DNA from: Lytechinus pictus
Taxonomy: Eukaryota
Assembly (NCBI RefSeq): GCF_037042905.1
Contig: NC_087252.1
Location: 12,960,001 to 13,024,000 of the forward strand
Length of the DNA stretch: 64,000 nucleotides
Reading direction: 5' to 3'
Shown: positions 42,001-50,800 of the stretch, in pieces
Position numbering within the stretch: the first letter of the stretch is position 1
Layout: each line of letters starts with the position of its first letter
The notes under the pieces: generated by a model
What the model was told of the DNA's origin: nothing
Seen by the model: only the letters and a program-made list of their open reading frames with translations
Database searches by the model: none
Program-made: the position numbers and the translations under genes

Positions 42001-45000
42001 GTAATTAATGTGATAAATGCTGCATTTTGAAATTGGAAATGGCCACCATATAGGACATTATCGTAATGAATGGAGACAAAAAAAATCATATGGCGGCCAT
42101 TTTGAATTTTAAAATATAGCATTAATCACCTAAATTACAATAATATAAGTTATTTTGCTATAAATCATGTTTTGAGACAATATTTCACTCATACACCATT
42201 TAGTCAAGCAAAGCAAAAGCCTGTTGAAATCATTTGTCCCCATTCATATTGTACATAATACCGCTAGGACCTGTAGCAGCCATTTGGACTTTTAAAATAC
42301 AGTTTTTATCACCTACGTGGCAGGAGAAGTGATATATCTTGTTCGAAATTATGCTTTCAGAAATATTGTGACGGCTCAGGTGGTTCTACCGGCATCTCGC
42401 TCTTGTCAGGATGCCTCCTGCCGGCAGGTGTTTGCCACGTCGATTTCCAAACTTTAGTCGCGGATCCGTTTGGCAGATATATACTGCCGCAGTTGACACT
42501 TGCATAAGCCTCGAATATGCCAGAACCGCCACCAGGCAACCTCTAGACGGCTACGACTCTTTGCTGTCAGTTCAAACAGCTACCCCACCATACAGCGCGT
42601 CCCAAAAAAAATGTCCCTCTGATATGCGGCTGAATTACTTAAAAAAATAAAAATTATTCTCAATGAAATGTATGGAACTAGTAAGCTCATATCATGTTCT
42701 AACTTCTATAAAAATTTCATTGGTCTCGCTTCAGTGGTTTTTGATACACAGTCTATTATGTAACAGTGGTGCTTTTCAGCCCATTCCAAGTTTGCATGCA
42801 TGCAACACTGCTGTGTGTTCTGCACTTTCTAGCATATCAACCCCCTTTGAACATTCTTACCAAGAATTTCCCTGATCTGACCAGGAAAATCTCCATGACC
42901 TACCCAGACTCATCAAATCACAACCTTGAGCATGTTCAGAAGGGCAAAAAAAAATATTTCACAGTTCATTTCATGTTTGATAACAGGAGATGCACAATGA
43001 TTAGGACAATTGGTTATGTCTGTTTCATGCCTAATTCATGCCTAATATTCTGCAAGTTCAAGTTAATAAGCTACTGTGGTTAAGTTAATTCAATGTAACT
43101 TTTTAAAAGAAAAAAAGTAAAAAAATTATCTGGTAAAGTTCCTTTTCGCAAAGGGTGATTAACTTGCGGATTCCCCTTTATTTTTCAGCTTATTTTACTC
43201 ATCCATCATTCACATTTTCTTTCCACATTGGTGCACTGATTCCCCTTATCAATCATGAAACAAACTTAATTCTTATGTTTCTTGTCCTTCTGAACATGCC
43301 CAAGTTTATGATTTGATGAACCTGGATATGATTAGGGAAATGTCCCTGCTCAGATCCTAGATGTAAAACTGGGGGTTAATATGCCATAGACAATGCGAAA
43401 ATGCATCAATGCTGCAAACTTGGAATGGGCTTAAATGCACAACTGTTACGTAACAGAGTGTTTATACAAAACCGCTGAAGCGTGACCAATGAAATTTTCA
43501 TAGAAGCTAGATCATGAAATGAGCTTTCTACTCATGAACATTTATTTGAGAATACTACCACATTTTAGAATCAATTCAGCCCTATGTCAGAGGGACATTT
43601 TTTTTGGGACGCGCTGTATAAAACTAGATTGTGTAGTTAAGCTCTTTCGGCCATATGCATCTGGTTCCTGTAGTTTAAGATCTCTTGACCGTAGGTATGG
43701 GTTCTTCTGTTTTCAAGCTCTCGCGACCTTCTCCATGGGTTCTTCTCTCCATGTAATTTCCTCCGTCCGTCTGCTTCAGACTAGTAACCACTTCTGTTTA
43801 GTACCAGAAAATACGTGTGGTTAAGATCGATCATATGAATGGGTCCTACTCTCACGACCATGCCAATTGGCCCTGCCCTACTTGTAGTTTCCACCCTTGT
43901 CTGCTCCAGACCTGCGACATTCTGCTTCAGACCAGCAACCATCCGCTTCAGACCAACCCGTCTGCTCCAGACTCCGAACTGTCTGCTCCGGACCGACCAG
44001 AGCAAGCTCTTGTATAGTCTTTCGCTGACGTGCAAAAGACCCAACATACAAGGAAATCTTACCACAGTCGTCGCCTAGGACTAGAAAGTCCATCCTAGTT
44101 TTCCCCGTAGAAAGACATAGGAACGATCACATAAATCATTTCGTTCGCATCCAGCTTTATTTATTGGATAGCGAATCAAAATCAATCTGTGAACTTCACG
44201 TGTAATGCACCCCATGGGCGCCGTATTTCAACAGATCATCGGCAAAGCGTCACGAACTCACAAACTTAATGTACTTGTGCATTATTAAATTGTACAATTT
44301 CTGCTACAGGTAACTTCTGGTACAATCTTAGATCAGCATTAACTTTGCTTCCCGAAATCGGATATGCATGAATGACATATCAAATTAAAGTGTTTATTTT
44401 GCCCCCAGCTAGTGATATACAAATAAATCAGCTAAAACTCTCCAGGAAATAATTATAAAAATGTACAAAACATACCTAACTTTCCTGTTTCAATCTACGT
44501 CATTAGTGTAGAAGCATGGATGGAATATAGCCAGCTACGACAAAACCATGAATTAACCAAAGATAATTTTCTCAACACGAAAAAAAACCCTCTCCGTGAC
44601 AATATTTTACTCATAATTATTATTTTTAATCAAAATTACGTGCATTCATGGTGCCCATTCCTGTTGAAAAATTGGCTTCCCAGTTCGCATTGTACATTAT
44701 ACATTCAATGTATATGGTGGCCATTTTGAAAGTCAAAATACATCATTTAACACAAACTTGAAACTCAAATGATATCTTTCGTTAACACTTAGGTTTTTAG
44801 CCTATCTTATAGTATGCATTTTAGTGGTCACTTGTGATTTTTTTAATTAGTTTTCCCTATAAATATTGTACATAATAGAGTATACAGGGGAAACGGGCCT
44901 TTTTTTAATATAAAAAGCGGCCATTTTGAATATCAAGAAAATAAATATTCTGTCAAAAGTCATTTTTTCAGAGAGTCTTTCACTCATGCCACACAATATC

Positions 45001-48000
45001 ATACATTTTATAGCCAATGTGCGGACAGTTTTATGTTTTTTTATGGGTAATCTGCATATTTTGGCAGCCATATTGGATTTTACAAATTTGCGAAAAATGT
45101 TCAAGGTTACACGAGTGGCATCATTCAGAATCGTAATCAGCAACCTCGAAATGACAAAAAATTATAAAAATATTGAATATGTAAAAAAACAGGCATATGC
45201 CTCTTTTATCCCTAGCTTTAGTGATAAAGATCAATTCATGAGCCAATAAAGATAAATGACTGAAATGATTCAGGTCACCGCCAACCAAGGGACGACAGAA
45301 ACAAAAGGAACAGGTGTCTTTGCTCAAATCTGATGTGCCATATTCTCGAAAATACACATAGTTGTGCAACATAGAGGGGCAGACATGGACAACTTTTTCC
45401 GACATAAAAACCATCCATTATTGAAAATAGGATTCCAGTCACTGATATCGAGGCATCCTATCAAGAATTAATGCTTTTGGTACCAGCAATAAATGTGGAC
45501 AAATAATTGTGATTATGTCAATTCTATATGTTGAGATATGACAAAATAAGTGTTTTTACAAATAATTTGCATAGATTAACATTTGCAAATTATTCATACT
45601 GACCAATTTTATAAAATTCGACCTACAATTGAATATTTAGCAAGAATAAACCCAAATACAAAAAAAATGGGCATTTAAAAAATGATTTACAGTGAGATAT
45701 GGTGAATTATATGTTTTTTGCATAAAATTTGCATAAATTAGGATTTAAAATAGGGTGCCCTTCACCGACTTTGGGCACCCTATCTATTATTGATGCTGAT
45801 GATACCAGGTACCCACATGAAAAAACATGGCGCTTTTGTAAATTCTTTCTCCAAAATAAGGTCCCTGACTATTGGATAATCTAGAAACGTTAGACTCTAG
45901 ATCTAAACTACTTTGGAGATGTGAGACTTATCATTAATTTGGTTCATAATGGACTGCTTTGATATTTGAGACATAGATGTTGCTTTCGGCTCGCGGGTAC
46001 CGTACCGGCGAGAACATGCCCTCGGGCAGAGTCACGTTGCGGTCCTCTCGAGCCTCTAGAAACAGCCATGCCTCTTATAGCCCTCCATGTATCTAAACTA
46101 TTGAACGGATATTTGACTTCCCTATGGAGAGTATATGTTTTAAGATATTTGATTTGCAAGGTATTTGATGTTCAAGATTGACATTTGATATATCTAGAGA
46201 AAAAAATATATTGTGCATAAAAATGAATACTCTATGGACATGTTATTCATTTATTAGGATATATTAAGTATTGCTTAAGGGAGATTGGAATTACCTAATC
46301 AGACACTTGCTCTGACAGGGATGATATTTTACCTGGAAAACCTATAAAATTTGGGGGCTCAAAGTACCAAAAACTGTTTTTCAAATAAATATATAAAATA
46401 CAATACAATAAAAGAAAAAAAGTAAGATGAGAAAATTGGATTTAAATATTTTCTATGTGTCATGATTTGGATTAAAAGCTTCACCAATATTAGAAAGGGT
46501 TTGAATAAATTTAAACAAGTGACCTACATGTAAATGGAACTATAAACGATGTAAATCTATAAACTCAGGACTAGACTATATTTGCAACCAGTAAGTCTGC
46601 AGAAATATTGATTGCGTGCTAGTCAAGCTTTACAGAACAATTAAGTGGCATCCTTTATTCATCCAAAGCAGGAAAGAAGGTTCTTTGTACCATGCCGTTC
46701 TTCTCCTACACTCAATGCGAAAGAAAACTATCCAAGAGGTGATGAAATCGAATTCATCATAGACTTCTATTACTTTTTACCAGGTTAGTTTTTGTTTATC
46801 TGTAATTTAAGAACTGGTTTGTAATAGTCAAATCTTATATTATGCATAAATTAAAGTGCTTTATAACTAGAAAATATTCGCTATGCAAACAGATAACATC
46901 TAGATCCTCTGGTTTTGATCTTTCAAGAGATGGCTATACATCGTTAAGGGTTAACTTGTTGAAAATCATCTTTAGTATAATTATGTAAAGGTATCATTTA
47001 CAATGCCCGTTTATTCATCTGACTACATTGTTGGGGGATCGTATTTCCAAGTTTTCTTTTCATCCTTTCTGCTTTCGTTTTTTCTGAATTGTTTGACAGA
47101 TCAACTTCCAATTTAACATTCACTTTATAAGATTAACTGGTCTTAATAGTCATTATTTCAAGATTTAAGGAGTTTGGTGTGTAATACAATGCTGACCTGA
47201 ATATGATGGGGACATAGATTTCAACTGCGCGCAGACTTTTATCCTGATAATCTTTACAGGCATATCATTGTCACAAGTATTGCAGAAAGTGTTCATTTTT
47301 GTTTTCATAAATAGGCCTGCCATAATATTTACATATGTATTTCAATGTTTTTACAATGATTTTTTTCAATGTCTTTATTCTTGCTTTTAGTCATGTATTC
47401 CCGAACCCCACGAGAGACTAGTTTATTACTGAGTTGGCTACCCTGGTTAATTATGTTGGAATTAGATAAATAAAAATGACCCTACTTTATATATATCATC
47501 AATAACTATCATTTAACAGATACTTGATTTGTATATTCGTTCTTCAGTTTTGTCCTTTTTTTGTAATGATGTTTTATAGATGGTTTCTTACACCGGCTAT
47601 ACGTCCGAATGGCAAAGTGGTCAATGAAGAGACATGAGTCGCTCAAACCAACTTTTCACTGCAGGCAAATGAATTTCTTTATAGACCATGATCATAGAGT
47701 GGTGATGAACAATGACATTGATAATAAAGACTATCATCAAATCAAGGTAAATCCAAAGAAAAATTCTTAAGTAAGGTTTATATTTAACATTTTCAGGATA
47801 ATTTTTAAAGTGTGATTCACTTTTTTATAAACTCAAATATAGGCCTAATAGCTATGATCAAGTATTTTCAAATACTAGATTGATTTAATTTCAGGTCAAC
47901 AGGCGAAGGTCAAAGATAATTTGCTAGTGAAAAAACAGGTATCAAATTCAAACAAATTAACTTAAGGTTAATGTTATGAGGACTTTGAAGTTTTAGTCCT

Positions 48001-49529
48001 ACAATCTATTTAACTTGGATATAATTTTTACCAGGTGTCATTTACATTAGTATGTTCCCTACCGGAAGGAAAACATGCCGTAGTCAGCACAGTTAACCAG
48101 CAAATTAAAAAAAGAAATATCAATTTCTTTCTTCAATAGGTCACAATATTTGCAGTTAACCCTTTGAAATTACAATCTAATCGACCAATGGTCAGCATAA
48201 ATGAGGATGTAAGTATGAACCCTTAAATAACTGTGGAGATTTCTCTTTGCCTTTTCAGCAAAGAAATTGATAATATATTCGCTGGATTTTTTTACTCATT
48301 CCACACCATCCTATAGATATTCAAACATGTAGATTTAAAATGTAGAATTTTCTTCTGTTTTCTTACAATGTCACCTGATTCGATTTACTTTATTATTCCT
48401 AGGCAGAAGAATACCACAGTACTATTTTTTTATTCTGCCAAAATTTCTGTAGCTTTTGAAGAAAGTTTTGAGGAAATTATCCCGCAGTTACATTATACAA
48501 TATCACGCTAATTTAAGATTGAAAATCACTAATCAAATCTTCAACAAAATTTCTAATAGACTTTAACATGAATAAACCAGCATAAACATGTTTGTAAATA
48601 ACTGATATGGTTTCACGTTATAAAATTAGAATCAAGAAAAAAATTGACATCAAAATCCTTTAATGAAATATTATCAGTTTGATCGAAAACATATTATTTT
48701 CTGATTTCCTGAGTCTTTGTTTACTACTAATTGCAAAGGATACAAAACAACATTTTTTATCAATGGTATCTGAACTTTAAAAACGAAATCATATGTCTCA
48801 AAAGTTCAATTAATTTCTTTATTGTGATATGCCAATCTAGGAAATATTAAATAAATAACAGAGTTTTATTGCTGCTTATAAATGGTTAAATTTCCATAAT
48901 TGCATTAATTGTTGGTTATCAGCCATGCTTAAGGTACTTTATTAACCAGATAGCCCCGATAGCTAATGGAATTTTGGAAATATTATTATGATCTGAAGAA
49001 ACATGTCTTTATTTCTTGGTCATTTTCTTTAATTGGGATATCAAATTGAATCTGATTTTGTTTTTTTAGATTCGGGTACAACACTCCGATTCTGAGATGC
49101 TTTGTATCATGAAAAGACTAAGATAATAAAACAACTGTATGTTAGACAAAGTAAATTAAGTTTCACCAAATAGGGCTTTATCATGCAATCAAAAATATAT
49201 TTAATCAGTAGCATCATTCGATACCCAAAGCATAATTTTGATATACAGTATAACACCAATTATTGACTTTACGTCATGAACACCCATTTAGATTATTCAC
49301 CATCTGGATAAGACACTTGAGGATCTCAAAGATCGCTGGGCAAAAAGAGTAAAGTATACCGTTGGGATCCTCTGTTCATCGTGTAAGGAACATGAAGACA
49401 AAAAAGACAAAATAAATTTGATTCCCCTGGAAGATATCCTGAGAGTGAAGGGGAAAAATGCAACATGCAGTGATGGCTGTCCAATGGATGTGAGTCATAT
49501 ACTGAAGGCATTTAACAAGCATCCTGAGG
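5453..49529 (+). CDS. Partial multi-exon ROCO-family gene (Roc GTPase-COR domain protein); 13 exons, 5' and 3' ends not identified in window
   Basis: Hand-spliced exons 5453-5484, 5830-5866, 7617-7834, 8169-8258, 12891-13064, 29142-29252, 30269-30403, 38464-38646, 39030-39209, 46672-46783, 47580-47746, 48140-48208, 49292-49529. All have AG/GT boundaries with matching phases and one open frame. Motifs: [19 protein letters not shown] (Roc G3), [63 protein letters not shown] (COR). Confidence 0.88.
5830..5866 (+). CDS. ROCO gene micro-exon (37 nt; [13 protein letters not shown])
   Basis: gtttgatAG acceptor, GCAG|gtaaag donor; phase 0 in, phase 1 out, matching the 7617 exon. Confidence 0.6.
5948..6090. 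repeat. (TA)n/(TACA) microsatellite
   Basis: Direct reading. Confidence 0.95.
6091..6790 (+). mobile_element. MITE-like repeat; inverted homolog at 35059-36027
   Basis: Ends AAGTTTGAAAATCTGA...CTCAGATTGCCTAA; body is the reverse complement of about 35280-36020. Confidence 0.65.
7617..7834 (+). CDS. ROCO exon with Roc G3/switch II motif [14 protein letters not shown]
   Basis: aatcAG acceptor, CCG|gtaagt donor; the DFGGQExYYxTH motif is diagnostic of Roc domains. Confidence 0.92.
8169..8258 (+). CDS. ROCO exon ([30 protein letters not shown])
   Basis: cccttcAG / gtatgt; continues the Roc TH-x-xFLSxRALYILV pattern; 90 nt, phase 0-0. Confidence 0.88.
8697..11463. mobile_element. DIRS1-like (tyrosine-recombinase retrotransposon class) non-autonomous or decayed element
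   Basis: Inverted terminal repeats ~8697-8877 and ~11277-11463; internal complementary region 11136-11223 whose two halves are complementary to the outer left and outer right termini; no TSD; no recognisable RT or YR left. Confidence 0.75.
12891..13064 (+). CDS. ROCO exon ([17 protein letters not shown]...[12 protein letters not shown]4 region)
   Basis: actcAG / gtaaga; 174 nt, phase 0-0; matches the Roc xWLxSxxxHA...PxILVGT pattern. Confidence 0.88.
13425..15500 (+). mobile_element. 5'-truncated, frameshifted L2-clade LINE (RT pseudogene)
   Basis: [42 protein letters not shown]; 3' AAGCGCCTTGAG...(ATT)n tail. Confidence 0.9.
17124..17163 (+). ncRNA. Degenerate Penelope-type minimal hammerhead ribozyme motif
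   Basis: CTGAAGA-c-GG(ACAG tcaac CTGC)CC-GAAAC-GTC; stem I weak. Confidence 0.45.
17213..19105. mobile_element. hAT-type MITE with internal GCTCGCGCTTCGCGCTCGC-bearing ~120-bp repeats
   Basis: TIR CATGGGTGTCGATC / GATCGACACCCATG; perfect 8-bp TSD TACTCAAG (17205-17212, 19106-19113). Confidence 0.85.
19636..20505 (-). mobile_element. 3' part of a CR1-group (Crack/Daphne-like) LINE
   Basis: [39 protein letters not shown]; 3' AATAAA plus (ATTGAA)-like tail. Confidence 0.85.
21609..26006. mobile_element. hAT-type composite MITE (4.4 kb including nested repeats)
   Basis: TIR CAGGCGCGGATCC / GGATCCGCACCTG; 8-bp TSD ATAGAACC (21601-21608, 26007-26014). Confidence 0.8.
25100..25950. repeat. Polypyrimidine/polypurine low-complexity tract with an internal ~330-bp-period duplication
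   Basis: Almost exclusively C/T on +; 25255-25400 recurs at about 25581-25720. Confidence 0.9.
26116..27325 (-). mobile_element. RT-coding part of the same CR1-group LINE
   Basis: ORF 26071-27288: [40 protein letters not shown]; breaks at ITRVDG where the insertion starts. Confidence 0.92.
27692..28722. mobile_element. Tc1/mariner-type MITE (~1.03 kb), copy 1
   Basis: TIR CAGCGCGTCCCAAAAAAATGTCCCTCTGA; long imperfect inverted arms; TA at left flank. Confidence 0.85.
29142..29252 (+). CDS. ROCO exon ([38 protein letters not shown]5 region)
   Basis: tttttttacatAG / gtaagc; 111 nt, phase 0-0; PYxxxV...xDN pattern. Confidence 0.8.
30269..30403 (+). CDS. ROCO exon, Roc-COR junction ([11 protein letters not shown])
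   Basis: atttttAG / gtaaga; 135 nt, phase 0-0; IPxxW motif at the start of COR. Confidence 0.86.
31299..31339 (-). ncRNA. Penelope-type minimal hammerhead ribozyme motif
   Basis: Minus strand: TTGC-CTGACGA-A-GAC(gagcaggtgca)GTC-GAAAC-GTC-GTAA; stem I TTGC/GTAA, stem II GAC/GTC, palindromic ACGT stem III. Confidence 0.7.
32680..34300 (+). repeat. ~175-185-bp tandem repeat array with a trimeric (~525-bp) higher-order period
   Basis: Recurring CATCTTGGATTTTTGGACA.ACCAGACCACTGA...GTTTAGACACCAAAATC; the unit at 32700 best matches 33225; related reverse-strand pieces at 19288-19560 and 27330-27440. Confidence 0.8.
35059..36027 (-). mobile_element. MITE with TIR CTCAAA.AAAGTTTGGAAATCTG and internal duplications
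   Basis: Terminal inverted match 35059-35080 versus 36003-36027; homologous to 6091-6790. Confidence 0.7.
38195..38417 (-). mobile_element. tRNA-derived SINE with L2-like 3' tail
   Basis: Minus strand head GAGGTGTTGCAGCTCAGTGG...GGTTCGAATACC; tail AAGCGCTATATAAATG..(ATT)n. Confidence 0.7.
38464..38646 (+). CDS. ROCO exon, COR-A ([13 protein letters not shown]...IVLRPQFL)
   Basis: ttccatAG / gtgaga; 183 nt; matches COR LxxLHDxGxIxY...VVLxPQWL. Confidence 0.9.
39030..39209 (+). CDS. ROCO exon, COR ([12 protein letters not shown]...[10 protein letters not shown])
   Basis: tctcacAG / gtgagt; 180 nt, phase 0-0. Confidence 0.9.
39622..39826. mobile_element. Small TA-flanked MITE
   Basis: TA|CAGTGGTGC...GCACCACTG|TA. 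Confidence 0.6.
40701..40932. mobile_element. Small hAT-type MITE
   Basis: CAGCGGCGTA...TACGCCACTG; near-8-bp TSD CTTGGAAG/CTTGGAGA. Confidence 0.6.
42593..43616. mobile_element. Tc1/mariner-type MITE (~1.02 kb), copy 2
   Basis: Same TIRs, TA on both sides, colinear with 27692-28722. Confidence 0.88.
46672..46783 (+). CDS. ROCO exon, COR ([10 protein letters not shown]...IDFYYFLP)
   Basis: AAG-CAG tandem acceptor / gttagt; FxVP motif; phase 1 out. Confidence 0.85.
47580..47746 (+). CDS. ROCO exon, COR-B ([15 protein letters not shown]...)
   Basis: ttttatAG / gtaaat; completes LPDGFxHRLxVR across the phase-1 intron. Confidence 0.88.
48140..48208 (+). CDS. ROCO exon ([23 protein letters not shown])
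   Basis: ttctttcttcaatAG / gtaagt; 69 nt, phase 0-0. Confidence 0.75.
49292..49529 (+). CDS. ROCO exon, end of COR ([20 protein letters not shown]...CSDGC)
   Basis: ccatttAG / gtacgt; 238 nt open; Wxxx+xYxxx+xCxxC pattern resembles COR C-termini. Confidence 0.8.
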
Positions 49530-49658
49530 GTACGTATAAAGCACCTTTTGTATCCATACAGTAGAGTTGAATTTCTTCATTAAATTCCATCTGTGTGTTG
49601 TATTTACTTAATATTCAACAAATTCATTACATGGTACTTTTTCAATTTAAATTCACTG

Positions 49659-50800
49659 TTTGTCTCGCCTGCATTGCAACAGTGAGACAGGCACTGCGTT
49701 CCGACGGAGGCAGCGGCAGTGTCATACATCAAATCCTAACCCAGGTTGGATTTCTGAAATGCCATCATAACCTTAAGTATATGGACCTATTTCATTAAAG
49801 GTCAAGTCCACCCCAGAAAAAAGTTTATTTGAATGCATAGAGAAAAATCAAACAAGAATAATGCTGAAAATTTCATCAAAATCAGATTTAAAAGAAGAAA
49901 GTTATGAAATTTCAATGTTTCGCTTATTTTGCACAAAACAGTTATATACACAATTCAGTGATATGCAAATGAGAGAGACGATAATGTCACTCACTCATAT
50001 TTTGTTTTTTATTGTTTGAAATATACAATATTTCAATTTTTACGAATTTGACAAATAGGACACTCTTGTTTGAACCACAGCATTTTAAAACGATGGAATC
50101 CCACATGTTCAGGGAGGAATTTTTTTTTCACATGGCAATGAGGAGGAAATTTAAATATTTCATATTTCACATAATAAAATACATGCTCACTGTTGCAATT
50201 ATGCTTGTCTGATTTTTCTCTTTCTATTCAAAGCAGCTTTTTGTTGGGGTGGACTTGTCCTTTAAACTTTGGCATTAGTCTAAAGTCACATGATCAAGGC
50301 TAGGTGTCATTTATGGTTTGTGGTATTAATGCCAAAAACTTACACCAAGTATAAAATTTTGAATTCTCAAGATAATTTTGAAAACGAAAATCATCATTTT
50401 GATAAATTTGTATGTAACGATAACGGTAACCGGGCATATTATTATTTGTTCATTATTTTCTAAGCATTCATCAAGTTGAAAAAAAAAAAATATGAGGGAT
50501 AGTTATTGGATATCACAATTAACAATAAATAAATGTGTTTCAAAGTTAAGGTCAAAGATCATTCGAGATCAATGCACTTTAGGTATTATCCATTTAATAT
50601 CTTTTTCTCTAATCTTGAAGATTTATTAATTCTAACTTGTTTTGATATTTCATGAAGATTGTGCATATATATTGCGTGTACCCAGTATCATAATTTGCCT
50701 ATGTAACATTACCAAGTTGATAAGTAAGTAAAATGACCGGTAATTTCAAAAATAAATTTGGGTCGATGAACTTTGTAATTTATTTCCAAATGTATGTGTT
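49659..50800 (+). mobile_element. Older HINE-like copy interrupted by a TTAA-flanked MITE
   Basis: TTTGTCTCGCCTGCA..AGTGAGAC 5' hairpin, GGC-rich microsatellite, degenerate repeat units. Confidence 0.5.
49799..50261. mobile_element. Kolobok-type MITE
   Basis: TTAA|AGGTCAAGTCCACCCCA ... TGGGGTGGACTTGTCCT|TTAA. Confidence 0.75.
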
